From Nemertoderma westbladi (Eukaryota; Animalia; Xenacoelomorpha): 48,043 nt of DNA. Positions 1-10,695 of this stretch are shown in pieces. Within the stretch, counting starts at the first letter, position 1. The number at the start of each line of letters is the position of its first letter. A program made the position numbers and the translations under genes. Below the pieces are notes generated by a model. The model had not been told where the DNA came from and did not search any database. It worked only from the letters and a program-made list of their open reading frames with translations. The stretch is taken from contig JAUCBJ010005415.1 of assembly GCA_032718475.1 (NCBI GenBank), positions 1 through 48,043 of the forward strand, written 5' to 3'.

Positions 1-1097
1 ACTAACTATGGAGGGGGTAACGGCCCCCTCCATATCTCCGTGTCGCACGACCTGTTCTCGTCCAGGGGGTTCGATGTTCTTATTCCTGGTTTGAGTGTAT
101 TGTTGATATTGTAATGGGGGAATGTCACCCTGTCCCCCACCCCCCCCCCCCCCCCCCCCCCCCCCACCGGTATGTTTGGTACTGGGGTTGATGTTAATAT
201 TTTGGGGCCCATACACCTATCTGCAATAACTCTCCCCTCCCCTGGATATATGTTATGTCCCTGCATATTATAGTCATGCTGCTGTGCTGGTACCGATATT
301 GGCCTATCCACTTCTTGCCTGCCTACCGGTATATACGCCGCGACTTCCGGATCTAATCCCGTCATTCGCGCTACCCTATCGCCTACACTATCTCTCCCAG
401 CATGGCCTATAGTATGTGCAGTAAGGCCTACAGTATGTTCTGCAGTCTGCATGTGCCCTTCCAGACCGAAGTTTAACCTTCTCGAATAATTCAAGAAGTC
501 CTCCCCGCGACTACCTTACTCTCGATCAGCAGCTATATCCTGTCGGGAAGTTTCTCTTCGATCCCCTCTCCTGTTCTCTTCCTCGTATCAGTACGTCCTG
601 TACCCTTCTCTTAGTGTGCGGTGCGTCTCTCCGGGGCGACGGCAATCTCCCAGAGTTCGACCCCACTGACTCCCTAAATCCATCTCTACTACCGACAGCT
701 CGCTATCCGTCCTCGCTCTCCGGTTGCTCGTAGCAATGATTCTTCTATTCTCTTCACTTCCTCCCAGTTAAACTCTACTATTCTTCTTCTCTCTTCCGAC
801 TGACGTCTTCTCGCTCGCCCACTCTCGGCGCTAACATCTGATTGTACTCTGTCCGGCTGGACCCTCATGGGTATACTCATCATCCCCCTACTATTCTCCA
901 TCGTCGGGTGCCGCGGTTCACCTAACTTGCCCCGCGCATTATCCGCCGACGCTTGTGGGGCATTCTCTGCCCCCCCCCCCCTCTCTCGCCACTAATCTCT
1001 CGTGGTGGGGCGCCCATAGCCCCCCCCCCCCCCCACCCGCTGCTTCTTACTTCGCTATATCTTAATTCGCTTCTACGCCCCTATTGTGGGACATTCT

Positions 1098-1129
<32 letters not shown>

Positions 1130-1173
1130 CTCGCCACTAATCTTCCGTGGTGGGGCGCCCAGCAGGGGGGGAG
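1..1173 (+). mobile_element. Probable 3' internal region of an LTR retroelement (family X), with long poly-C tracts and antisense ORF remnants
   Basis: Ends in a polypurine tract (AGCAGGGGGGGAG, 1161-1173) directly abutting the TG start of the family-X LTR. No recognisable domain in the minus-strand ORFs 6-494 and 689-901. Confidence 0.45.
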
Positions 1174-1787
1174 TGTGAGCGGATTCAATTCCGCCTCATT
1201 ACCCTCATAAGTTAGGACAGTGGCGCCCTTTTCAGCAATATTGGAGATACGAGATTGGTAACAACCAATCTCGTATTACACCCAATAACGGGGATAACAC
1301 AAACCCCAAAAGCCACATAAAGGGAGGTTAGAGGTCAAACCACCTCGAGAGAGCAAGGGCTAACAGGGCGGGGAAGCACTCCCACAGAGGTGAGAGGCGT
1401 GAAGTGGGTTAACAGCCAATGAGAGTGGGGGAGAGTATCCACGGGACAAAGGCCACAGTAGTGTACTAATTATACATATATTATCCTGCTACCGGTCAGT
1501 TAATCAGTTTACTCAGTCATTCAGTTCAGTGCAGACTGGTGATGTTTTTCACCGTCACCGTCACCAATGTCATCAGTATACTATCTATTATACCGGTATC
1601 AATCAACACTTATGATTTAACTGATCCTTTATTTGCGCTATCACTATTATCATTAACAGAACCTCAAGAGACGACAACTAACTCTTATTGTTTTGTACTG
1701 CAACAGCCTCGGCCTAGCTACCAATCCCTAAGCAAACGGTGACGCGTAGTCTACTTACCCAGTTGGGATCCCACTGATCCCGTCACA
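1174..1787 (+). repeat. LTR of family X (probable 3' LTR), inserted in the gag of BEL/Pao element 1
   Basis: TGTGAGCGGATTCAATTCC...CCCGTCACA termini. Homologous to the TSD-flanked solo LTR at 24314-24912 and to the inverted partial copy at 10317-10695. BEL gag-like coding sequence begins immediately after 1787. Confidence 0.8.
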
Positions 1788-2565
1788 CCTGAGGGGTATA
1801 ACATCGGGTGGCCTACAGGATAACCCTGTTAGCATAAAAACGTTTGCGAACAAGGTCAAGAAGGAGTTAATCGTGCTAAAGACACTAGACGCGCCATACG
1901 AACTCAATGCATCTAATAATATCACCACGATAGCGCAGGCACTGCCGATCTGGCTGCGCAATAAATGGAGAAAGATCGCCTTCTCCACCCGGGTGAAGAA
2001 GGGTGCGGAACCGGGCCTAGAGGAAATGTCGAACTTCCTCAACTACGAAGCTGAGTTGATCACGGACCCAGTCTATAGTGATGATAGTCCGGGGAAGGGG
2101 CCAAAGACCGAATATAACAGGCCAAAACCAGAACACAACACGGCAAACTCATTGCCAAAGCTTAGACAATCGCTGCCATACGGGGCGACGCAGGGGACTG
2201 CTAGTCCACATGTAGCAGTGGTCACAAAGCTGATCAATGCAAAGAAACACCAATTAAGTTCGGTCAAGGCAAAGGGCAGACAATGGCGACAAGCACTGTA
2301 GGGGCGAAGAAAAGAGGAACGGTACTACTCCGGGTAGTACCAGTGAGTGTGATCGGAGAAGGCAGTCGATCAGTAACCACGCTGATGCTGGTCGACAGTG
2401 GAGCAGCCTTCACATTGGTGGAGAATTGGGTGGCCGAAGAGATAGGACTAAAGACGAGGCCAAGTAGGATGGCGGTAACAACCATCTCCAGCAAAGATGA
2501 GGCCCTGGAGATGAGGACAGGATGGTGCGAGATAGCAGCGATAGCACCGGGATGCGATTATGGGG
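1788..2565 (+). pseudogene. BEL/Pao gag C-terminal part and aspartic protease remnant (frameshifted)
   Basis: ORF 1873-2301 (LPIWLRNKW...LEEMSNFLNYEAE, DUF1759-like) and ORF 2283-2585 (LLRVVPVSV...LMLVDSGAAFTLV), cut at 2565 by the Gypsy insertion. Confidence 0.75.
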
Positions 2566-2740
2566 TGTGGCGTACAGGGGTGTAGGATATGGAGTTGGGT
2601 TGTTGACACGGTTGCCTAGCAACACTCTAGGATTCGGGTTGTAGGCTATGTACCGGTACCTCTTCAGTACAGACTTACTGACTTGTGCAACTCTTAACAA
2701 ATCTTATTATTATAACTTCACAATTTAGCCTGACGCTAAA
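2566..2740 (+). repeat. Gypsy 5' LTR (175 bp)
   Basis: TGTGGCGTAC...GACGCTAAA; direct repeat of 6755-6970 apart from a 41-bp indel and about 6 substitutions. Confidence 0.92.
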
Positions 2741-2741
2741 C

Positions 2742-2750
2742 TGGTGACCC
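2742..2750 (+). promoter_or_regulatory. Primer binding site, tRNA-Trp-like
   Basis: TGGTGACCC lies 1 nt after the 5' LTR and matches the start of the tRNA-Trp PBS typical of CsRn1-type elements. Confidence 0.7.
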
Positions 2751-2833
2751 GGCATGGTGAACTCGCTAATCCAAACAGTTGCGGAATAATCCCCATGTTC
2801 AGCTATTAGCCTATTACAATATTAACTACCGGT

Positions 2834-3625
2834 ATGCCTCTCGCTGCTGAGGATATTGCGGCCCTCGCCACGGCCCTCCAAGGCCTCCTTCCTGCTGCTT
2901 CCGGCTCCGACACAACCGGAACCTCAGTAAACGCCGTCGGAGTCAAACTCCCCACGTTCTGGACCGAGAACCCGGAGATCTGGTTCTCCCAAGTCGAGGC
3001 TCAGTTCGCCACGCGCAACATAACTGTAGACTCAACCAAGTTTCACCACGTGGTTGCTGCGTTGGATAACACTACAGCCAAAGAAGTTGGACCAATACTT
3101 CTCGATCCGCCGGCGGGAGACAATAAGTATAGAATGCTGAAGCGCGCCCTCATCGCCGCTTTTGGTAAAACCCAGGCTCAGAGAGACAACGAACTTTTGT
3201 CCCTTTCTGGACTCGGTGACCGCCGACCTACCGGTCTCCTCCGCCACATGAGATCCCTCAACGCGGACCCAGAGACACTCTTCCGGGCGTTGTTCCTCGC
3301 CCAGCTGCCGACGGATGTCCGGCGCGTTCTGGCCGGTTCGAGCTCCACCGACCTCGACGAACTCGCTACGGACGCCGACCGGATTATGGAGGCGACCCGA
3401 GGAGAACCCGTCGGAGTCGGTATCGCCGGGGTACAACGGAACGCCGTCTCCGCCTCCGGGCCTACACAGCCTCCCGGGTCCTCCTTTACGACTCTCTGCT
3501 TCTTCCACAAGAAGTTCGGGAATGCCGCGCGGAACTGCGGTTACAGAGGCTGTCGACTGAGCCACCTCATTCCCACCACACCGGCCTCATCTCCTCGTTC
3601 GGGAAACGCCGGGGCCGGTCGCTAA
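2834..3625 (+). CDS. gag: Gypsy Gag
   Basis: VKLPTFWTENPEIWFSQVEAQF N-terminal motif and C-terminal CFFHKKFGNAARNCGYRGC (CHCC-type knuckle). Confidence 0.92.
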   Translation: MPLAAEDIAALATALQGLLPAASGSDTTGTSVNAVGVKLPTFWTENPEIWFSQVEAQFATRNITVDSTKFHHVVAALDNTTAKEVGPILLDPPAGDNKYRMLKRALIAAFGKTQAQRDNELLSLSGLGDRRPTGLLRHMRSLNADPETLFRALFLAQLPTDVRRVLAGSSSTDLDELATDADRIMEATRGEPVGVGIAGVQRNAVSASGPTQPPGSSFTTLCFFHKKFGNAARNCGYRGCRLSHLIPTTPASSPRSGNAGAGR

Positions 3626-3643
3626 ACATATCCGCGGCCGGCC
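3601..3643 (+). promoter_or_regulatory. Programmed -1 ribosomal frameshift signal (gag-pol)
   Basis: G GGA AAC heptamer in the gag frame, a 5-nt spacer, then a 10-bp stem GGCCGGTCGC (3613-3622) / GCGGCCGGCC (3634-3643). The -1 frame is open into pol. Confidence 0.85.
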
Positions 3644-3660
3644 AAAACGGGAAGACAACA

Positions 3661-6600
3661 ATGACTGTGTGGGACCGTCGCACCGGCCAGACCTACCTGG
3701 TCGACTGCGGAGCCGAAGTCTCGGTTTCGCCCGCATCCGCTGCCGACAAACGGTCCCGCACCCCAACTGCCCCGTTGGTCGCCGCCAACGGCAGTCCGAT
3801 TGCCACTTGGGGCAAAAGGGCGATCTGCCTCCACCTCGGCAACGGGCGGGTCTTCACGCAGGAATTCTACGTGGCGAACGTCTCTTCCCCAATCCTCGGC
3901 GCCGACTTCTTCTTCTCCAACCGGTTGGCCATCGACCTTGCAGGGAGACGCCTCATCGATATGTCGAACCCTACAGCGATCCCGACCAAGATCGCCTGCT
4001 ATTCGACCGCTATCGCCGGCATCCGCATCCCTACTACAGGTCCCTGCGAGCGACTCATTGACGAGTTCCCGGAGCTCCTCATCCCTCGGTTCGAGCCGAC
4101 TGCGTTGAATAAACATGGTGTAGAGCACCACATTGTTACGGAGGGACCTCCTCTACACGCTCGCGCCCGCCGACTCGACGCCGAGAAACTCGCGGTGGCC
4201 AAGGCCGAGTTCGCCAAGATGGAGGAACTCGGCATAATCCGGCGTTCCAACTCGCCGTGGGCCTCCCCGCTCCACATCGCCCCCAAACCCGGTGGCGGTT
4301 GGCGGCCCTGTGGGGACTACCGCCGTCTCAACGACGCCACCGTCGACGACCGGTACCCCCTACCACACATCCAAGACTTCAACGGTCACCTGGATGGAAT
4401 GTCGGTCTTCTCTAAGATCGACCTGGTACGGGGATACCACCAGATCCCCATGGCGACCAAAGATACACCAAAGACGGCGATCATCACTCCCTTCGGCCTT
4501 TGGGAGTTCCTCCGAATGCCGTTCGGACTAAAGAACGCCGCCCAGGCGTTCCAGCGGCTAATGGACGGCATTCTACGCGGCATTCCGTTCGCGTTCGTCT
4601 ACCTCGACGACATCCTGGTAGCGAGTCGCTCCGTCGCCGAACACATCGACCACCTCCGCCAAGTCTTCCGACTCCTTTCGGACAACGGGATGGTTTTGAA
4701 CCGCACCAAGTGCGTCTTCGGTGTCCCGGAACTGACATTCCTCGGTCACAAAGTTACATCCTCGGGAATCCTTCCTCTCGAAGACCGAGTCGACGCGATC
4801 CGCGACTATCCGACCCCGGACTCCAAACTCAGCCTCCAACGCTTCCTCGGCATGGTAAACTACTACCACCGCTTCATGCCAAGGTTGGCCGACAAACTCT
4901 GCCCGTTGTACGAGGCCACCAAGTCGAAGAGTCAGACGATTCAGTGGACTCCCGAATGCCAGACGGCGTTCGAGTCTGCCAAGTCCTCCCTCGCCGCTGC
5001 AACCCTCCTCCACCATCCCAACTCGACCGCCACCACGAGTGTCACTGTCGACGCTTCTGATAAGGCTGTTGGCGCTAAACTCGAACAGCTACATGGCGAG
5101 GTGTGGTGCCCTGTCGCATTTTTCTCGCGAAAACTCTCGACTGCCGAAGCGAAATATTCTGCATTCGATCGCGAGTTACTAGCGGCAAACCTCGCCATTA
5201 AACACTTTCGACACTACGTTGAAGGTCGAACCTTTACGGTTTATACCGACCATAAACCGCTGACCTTTGCGTTGACCAGCGCCGCGGAACGTTCTCCCCG
5301 CCAAACTCGCCATATGTCGTTTATTGCCGAGTTTACGACGGATATTCGGCACGTCAGCGGCAAAGATAACGTCGTCGCCGATGCCCTGTCCCGCGCCCCG
5401 GTAGCCGCCATCCTCTCACCGACCATCGACTTCCGGCAACTCGCCACGGCACAGCAAACATCTGCTGAAGTCAACACCTACCGGACCGCCATTACCAGCC
5501 TCGTCATCGAAGACGTCCCATTCGGTGACTTCACCATCCTGTGCGACGTCTCCACGGGCCGAACCCGACCCATAATCCCCAAGGAGTGGACTCGACGCGT
5601 CTTCGACGCAATCCACGGACTCGGCCATTCCGGGAACCGCCCAACCCAACGCGCCATCTTGTCCCGTTTCGTCTGGCACGGACTGAAACGTGACGTCAGA
5701 CGATGGTGCCAGGAGTGCCACGCGTGTCAGGCCTCTAAGATTCACCGACACGTCCACGCCCCACTCACTCGACGACAGCCTCCCGACCACCGATTCGACA
5801 GCCTACATGTCGACATCGTCGGCCCTCTACCCGTGTCCGAAGGTATGACATATATGTTTACCGTAATCGACAGGTTTAGCCGTTGGCCCGAAGTTATTCC
5901 AATGGCGGACTCAACCACCGAGACATGCGCTCGAGCCCTCCTCCGACATTGGATATCCCGTTTCGGTATCCCCAGTCACGTTACTTCCGACAGAGGCGCC
6001 CAGTTCACCTCCCACCTTTGGGCCGATCTCCACCGCCTCCTCGGTATATCGGCATCCAACACAACGGCCTACCATCCACAGGCCAACGGGATGGTTGAGC
6101 GCCTCCATCGGCAGCTGAAGGCCTCCCTCATGGCGCGTCTCGTCGGCCCCAACTGGATGGACGAACTCCCCATGGTCCTCCTCAACATCCGGACCGCGTG
6201 GCGCGAGGACTCCGGCTGCTCCCCCGCCGACCTCGTCTACGGGACCAGCCTCCACATCCCCGGCGAGTTCGTCGCTCCAGTGCCGCGATCGGAGCCTCCA
6301 TCCTCGGACTTCCTCCTCCAACTCCAGGACTCTATGCGCGCCGTTGCTCCGCCGATTCCGGAGTTCCACGGCCGTCGTACGACTTCCGTTCCGGACAACC
6401 TCGGCTCGACCGGATACGTTTACGTCCGGCGCGACGCCCACCGCAGACCACTACAGCGCCCGTACTCTGGCCCTTACAGAGTCCTACAAAAATCAGAGAA
6501 ATACTTCGTTCTCGACGTCACCGGCCGCCGAGAGACCGTGTCCGTCGACCGTCTCAAGGTGGCCTACGGTTGCGGCGTCCAACCAGCCCAACCTCCTCCC

Positions 6601-6714
6601 GAAACTCAACCCACTCCTACAGTACAAACTCATTCATCTCCGCCAGTTACACCGCCTGCGCCACTAATAACCACAAGATCTGGTCGCATCATAAATCCCC
6701 CCAGATACTTATAG
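3661..6714 (+). CDS. pol: Gypsy Pol (protease, RT, RNase H, integrase), probably made as a Gag-Pol fusion from 3601
   Basis: LVDCGA protease, YLDD RT, TVDAS/TDHKPL/NVVADALSR RNase H, HHCC zinc finger, HVDIVGP / SDRGAQF / GMVER integrase core, GPY motif. Confidence 0.96.
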   Translation: MTVWDRRTGQTYLVDCGAEVSVSPASAADKRSRTPTAPLVAANGSPIATWGKRAICLHLGNGRVFTQEFYVANVSSPILGADFFFSNRLAIDLAGRRLIDMSNPTAIPTKIACYSTAIAGIRIPTTGPCERLIDEFPELLIPRFEPTALNKHGVEHHIVTEGPPLHARARRLDAEKLAVAKAEFAKMEELGIIRRSNSPWASPLHIAPKPGGGWRPCGDYRRLNDATVDDRYPLPHIQDFNGHLDGMSVFSKIDLVRGYHQIPMATKDTPKTAIITPFGLWEFLRMPFGLKNAAQAFQRLMDGILRGIPFAFVYLDDILVASRSVAEHIDHLRQVFRLLSDNGMVLNRTKCVFGVPELTFLGHKVTSSGILPLEDRVDAIRDYPTPDSKLSLQRFLGMVNYYHRFMPRLADKLCPLYEATKSKSQTIQWTPECQTAFESAKSSLAAATLLHHPNSTATTSVTVDASDKAVGAKLEQLHGEVWCPVAFFSRKLSTAEAKYSAFDRELLAANLAIKHFRHYVEGRTFTVYTDHKPLTFALTSAAERSPRQTRHMSFIAEFTTDIRHVSGKDNVVADALSRAPVAAILSPTIDFRQLATAQQTSAEVNTYRTAITSLVIEDVPFGDFTILCDVSTGRTRPIIPKEWTRRVFDAIHGLGHSGNRPTQRAILSRFVWHGLKRDVRRWCQECHACQASKIHRHVHAPLTRRQPPDHRFDSLHVDIVGPLPVSEGMTYMFTVIDRFSRWPEVIPMADSTTETCARALLRHWISRFGIPSHVTSDRGAQFTSHLWADLHRLLGISASNTTAYHPQANGMVERLHRQLKASLMARLVGPNWMDELPMVLLNIRTAWREDSGCSPADLVYGTSLHIPGEFVAPVPRSEPPSSDFLLQLQDSMRAVAPPIPEFHGRRTTSVPDNLGSTGYVYVRRDAHRRPLQRPYSGPYRVLQKSEKYFVLDVTGRRETVSVDRLKVAYGCGVQPAQPPPETQPTPTVQTHSSPPVTPPAPLITTRSGRIINPPRYL

Positions 6715-6754
6715 GTTACCTTCTCGTTTCATTTCCTTACACTGGGGGGAGCAT

Positions 6755-6970
6755 TGTGGCGTACAGGGGTGTGGGATATGGAGTTAGGTTGTTGACACGG
6801 TTGCCTAGCAACGATCTAGGATTCTGGTTGTAGGCTATGTACCGGTACCTCTTCAGTACAGACTTACTGACTTGTGCAACTCGTCATCCTACAATATATT
6901 AATTACCATACTGCCGTATACAGATAACAAATCTTATTATTATAACTTCATAATTTAGCCTGACGCTAAA
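6755..6970 (+). repeat. Gypsy 3' LTR (216 bp)
   Basis: Follows the PPT GGGGGGAGCA, repeats the 5' LTR and is followed by the TSD GGGG. Confidence 0.92.
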
Positions 6971-6981
6971 GGGGCGAAAGA

Positions 6982-7980
6982 ATGCAAATGGTCTTCGGCG
7001 AAGACAGACAGCGTGACCCGATGGCAATTCTCACACCATTCGGGTGGACGCTAAGCGGCCCAATTAAAACCAAGATTCCGTTTAGGATGTCGGAGACATC
7101 AGGGTGCATGTTTGCGGGAACTATGAGGAAGATCGAAGATGAAGGAGCGGAGGAGCAGCTTAGGAGACTGCTGAGACAGGACTTTGGGGGACTAAAGGAC
7201 ACCGGGGTCGGAACCTCGGTAGAGGATAAGCAAGCGATACAAAGTGTGAAGGAGTCGATGAGATGCGACGAGGGGCAGTACACCATAGGCATGGTGTGGA
7301 AACAACCAAAATTACCGCTACCGGAGAACAAGGGAATGGTACTCACGAGGCTTCGTAAACTGAAGCAAATGCTGAAACAGAGCCCCAAGAAGGATGAGTA
7401 CATCCATAAGACGATAAGGAAGTATGTTGAGAAAGGATGGGCCATGGAGTTGCCGGTCGACGAACCGAACACGGACAGGACCTACTACCTGCCACTTCAT
7501 GTGGCTTTAGATCCAAAGAAAGGTAAATTGCAGATGGTAGTCGACGCATCGGCTAAAACCAATGGCAAGTGCCTAAACGACTATCTGCTGGAGGGCCCCA
7601 AAATCTATAACTCGGGAATCGAGGTCCTACTGAGATTTAGAAACGGGAGACACACCTTCACCTGCGACATTGAAGGCATGTTCAACCAAGTCCGTGTGAC
7701 GGAGGAGGATAGCGACAGCCAGCGCTTCCTATGGTACAACGGCGACGAGGAACCGTCGACAATAGCGATGTACAAGATGGTGGTGCAGAACATGGGGGCC
7801 AAGTCGTCCGCATTTATGACGACTGTGGCTGTAAGAGATACAGTAGAGGGGAAAGAAGGGAAGTATAGCGCCAAAGCGGTCGATATGATTCGACGCGGCT
7901 TCTATGTAGACGACGGAATGGAGTCTGGAAACACGGTTAAAGAACTACTGGATACAGGGTGCGAGGTTCGTGAATCCTGA
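6982..7980 (+). pseudogene. BEL/Pao reverse transcriptase remnant
   Basis: AILTPFGW, YYLPLH, VVDASAK, CLNDYLLEGP, LLRFR, CDIEGMFNQV, QRFLW, FYVDD motifs. The RNase H region is missing downstream. Confidence 0.88.
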
Positions 7981-8050
7981 AGGGATCCGGGTTTAACCTG
8001 ACCAAGTTCCAATCAAGCTCAGAGGAGTATATGAAAGCCATAGAGGACAG

Positions 8051-8971
8051 ATGGCCAGAGTGCACTGCGGCGTAGATATGTTTGGCCCGATAAAGATCAA
8101 GGTGATGCAACACACAGAGAAACGCTACGGCATTATCTTCGTATGTAACAACACGAGGGCGGTAGGAATAGAACTTGCCCAAGACGCTACAGCATCGGCA
8201 TTCATCAATGCCCTAGAGAGATTCAGAGATCACAAAGGTGGGACGATCGCAGTGATCTATTCCGACAATGGAACCAACTTTGTGGGGGCGGAGAACGAGC
8301 TGGCGGAGGCCTTGGACATCCTGGAAGGAGAGGAAGTCAGGGCAGCCATGAGGAAACGACAGGTGAAGTGGGAAAGGAGGACGCCGTATGCTCCGCATAC
8401 TTTAGGATGCGTCGAGAGACTCGTGGGTAGTTCCAAGCGTCTAATGACAAATTTGATGAACACCCACATGGTGACAGAAGATATACTAAGGATGGTGCTA
8501 GCTAAGTGTGAGGATATCATCAATAGCAGACCACTATATCCAGAAAATGACGACCCAGAATCACTAGATGTGCTAACACCCAGCCATTTTCGGATGGAAA
8601 GGCCAGCGACCATCGACATGCGGGGTGTAGACCCAGATGACATACACTCACGACAGAGTTGGAAAGTCGCCAAGGCGATAAGCGCAGAGTACTGGAGGAG
8701 GTGGGTCGAGGAATACCTACCCACATTACATAGGAGGAGCAAGTGGAGAAATACCACTAGAGAGTTAAAGAAAGGTGATTTGGTGATCATCACGGACGAC
8801 GCAATCATCAACAGTCAGTGGAGGCTAGCAAGAGTAGTAGACACTTACTCTGACGAGGACGGAAGGGTCCAATTGGTGGAAGTGCGGATAGGGGGTAAGA
8901 TAGGAGCAAAAGATAGGAAGACCTACTGGAGGGCTGTAGATAAATGTTGCCTGCTAGAAGGGGCACCATAG
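8051..8971 (+). pseudogene. BEL/Pao integrase core and C-terminal domain
   Basis: GVDMFGP, SDNGTNFVGA, VERLV, INSRPL, LTPSHF, WRRWVEEYLPTL, W.LARV motifs. The N-terminal zinc finger is deleted. Confidence 0.88.
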
Positions 8972-9109
8972 AGTTTAGTCGTCCAAGTGTTGGACTGAGG
9001 GGGGTGGGATTGAGGGCGAGACGCCCTTCCCGCAAAAAATATAAATAATAATAAAAATAATAAATAATAGAAAGAAAGTAAGAGAAAGGAAAGCAATAGT
9101 ACATAGTAC

Positions 9110-9525
9110 GTAGTAGTAAGTAAATAGGCAGATAGAAGTTAGTAAGAGTTAGTAGTAAGAGGGTACGTGTAGTACCGTTAGTAAGAGTTAGTAAGAGTTT
9201 GTAGTAAGAGGGTACGTGTAGTACCGTTAGTAAGAGTTAGTAGTAAGAGGGTACGTAGTACCGTTAGTAAGAGTTAGTAGTAAGAGGGTACGTAGTACCG
9301 TTAGAGGAGTTAGTTAGAGAGTAAGAGGGTACGTAGTACCGTTAGAGTTAGTTAGAGAGTAAGAGGGTATGTAGTACCGTTGGTGGAGTTAGTTAGTAGT
9401 AAGAGGGTACGTAGTACCGTTAGAGGAGTTAGTTAGAGAGTAAGAAGGTACGTAGTACCGTTAGTTAGAGAGTTAATAAGAGTTAGGGAATTAGTAGAGT
9501 TAGAGAGTTAGAAGGGTTAGTAGTA
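9110..9525 (+). repeat. Purine-rich minisatellite (unit ~35-40 bp, AGTAAGAGGGTACGTAGTACCGTTAG...) in the putative BEL 3' LTR
   Basis: About 8 imperfect tandem units are visible. Confidence 0.85.
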
Positions 9526-10316
9526 AGAAGTGAGAGGGGGGCACGTGGGTACAGCAGGACAGACTGTGTAGGCCGCACGGGACATACTACTGTACTGCAC
9601 AGCCCGTAGAGTAGGTCAGAATGTTTGATACAGGGCCAGGAGGTTACCTGGTGCAGACTAGCATAGTAAGGAATAGCTAGTCTATCCTGTATACAAACCA
9701 TAGGGGTTATTTAAAATAAATAGTCCATCATAAGTATTGATAGAACAGTAATAGAATTAAAAATCAGATTCGACAAATTATAGCAACAGTAGGCAAAATA
9801 TTCTAGAACATAATAAAAGTAACTGACAGATTTAGGGAATTTAGGGAAATTTTGTACTTTAAGGGGTAAATAGGCAAATTCAGCAATAAAACCTAGCGTT
9901 CTGAGGGAGATAGGCCATTATCGGACCACACAGACCATCCTAACTACATCACTCACCTATACTGAGCCTTGGTAAGGCACCACCTTGTAGGTGAGCGATT
10001 GGAAGCGTTCGAAATGGCGGAGAGACTTGTCAGAAAGAGAAAGGCGGAAATGGGTGGAAAGGAGATACTAGTAGATTTCACCGAGAGGCATCCGGAGGAG
10101 AAGACGAGGGGATACTACAAGGGGTTAGAGAAGGGTCACAAGGCGCGAGTGCTGCAGGACCATTTCAGGAAGGTGCATGATAGGCGGCTGGTCGAGACCT
10201 ACGGGACGCCATCGCTAGACAATGCGATCCTCGAGCATTTCCACTATGTGGTAAAGGGAGACGAGGCGAAGTTCGGGATACCGAAGTATCCGAGGGAACC
10301 ACCGAGAAAGGATTGG

Positions 10317-10695
10317 CACCGGTCTGCACTGAACTGATGACTGAGTAACTGAACCGGTAATGTTATACATTGACAATATATATGTAATCGTTTCTACACT
10401 ATTGTGGCCTTTGTCCAGTGGATGCTTTCCCCCGATCCTATTGGCTGATAACCTACTTCACGCCTCTCACCTCTTTGGGAGTGCTTCCCCCTCTGTTGGC
10501 CCCTGTTGGTTATTTTTCCCTCCCGAGGTGGTTTGACCTCTAACCTCCCTTTGTGTGGCTTTGGGGTTCGTGTTATCCACGTTATTGGTTGTGGTACAAG
10601 ATTGGTTGTTACCAATCTCGTACCTCTGACATATTACTGAAAAGATGCCACTTCCCATTTATGAGGGTAATGCAGCGGAACTGAATCCGCTTACA
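10317..10695 (-). repeat. Truncated family-X LTR, inverted
   Basis: The reverse complement starts TGTAAGCGGATTCAGTTCC and matches about the first 370 bp of the 1174 LTR (e.g. AAAGGGAGGTTAGAGGTCAAACCACCTCG). Confidence 0.85.

Larger units (their letters stand above)
2566..6970 (+). mobile_element. Full-length Ty3/Gypsy LTR retrotransposon, CsRn1-like clade
   Basis: Paired LTRs, 4-bp TSD GGGG (2562-2565 / 6971-6974), PBS, PPT (6744-6753), open gag and pol, CHCC-type Gag zinc motif. Confidence 0.95.
1788..9525 (+). mobile_element. Degenerate BEL/Pao LTR retrotransposon (element 1), interrupted by a Gypsy element
   Basis: Gag-like, protease (LVDSGA), Pao-type RT (TCDIEGMF, YVDD) and integrase segments occur in order. 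PPT-like GAGGGGGGTGGGA (8997-9009) is followed by a putative 3' LTR starting TG at 9011. The right boundary is uncertain. Confidence 0.85.

Noticed and set aside
3032-6833. Many overlapping alternative-frame and antisense ORFs inside the Gypsy element
   Set aside because: Expected shadows of GC-rich gag/pol coding sequence; no independent motifs.
9110-9525. Repeat array as a possible CRISPR
   Set aside because: Eukaryotic context, no unique spacers, no cas genes; it is a degenerate minisatellite.
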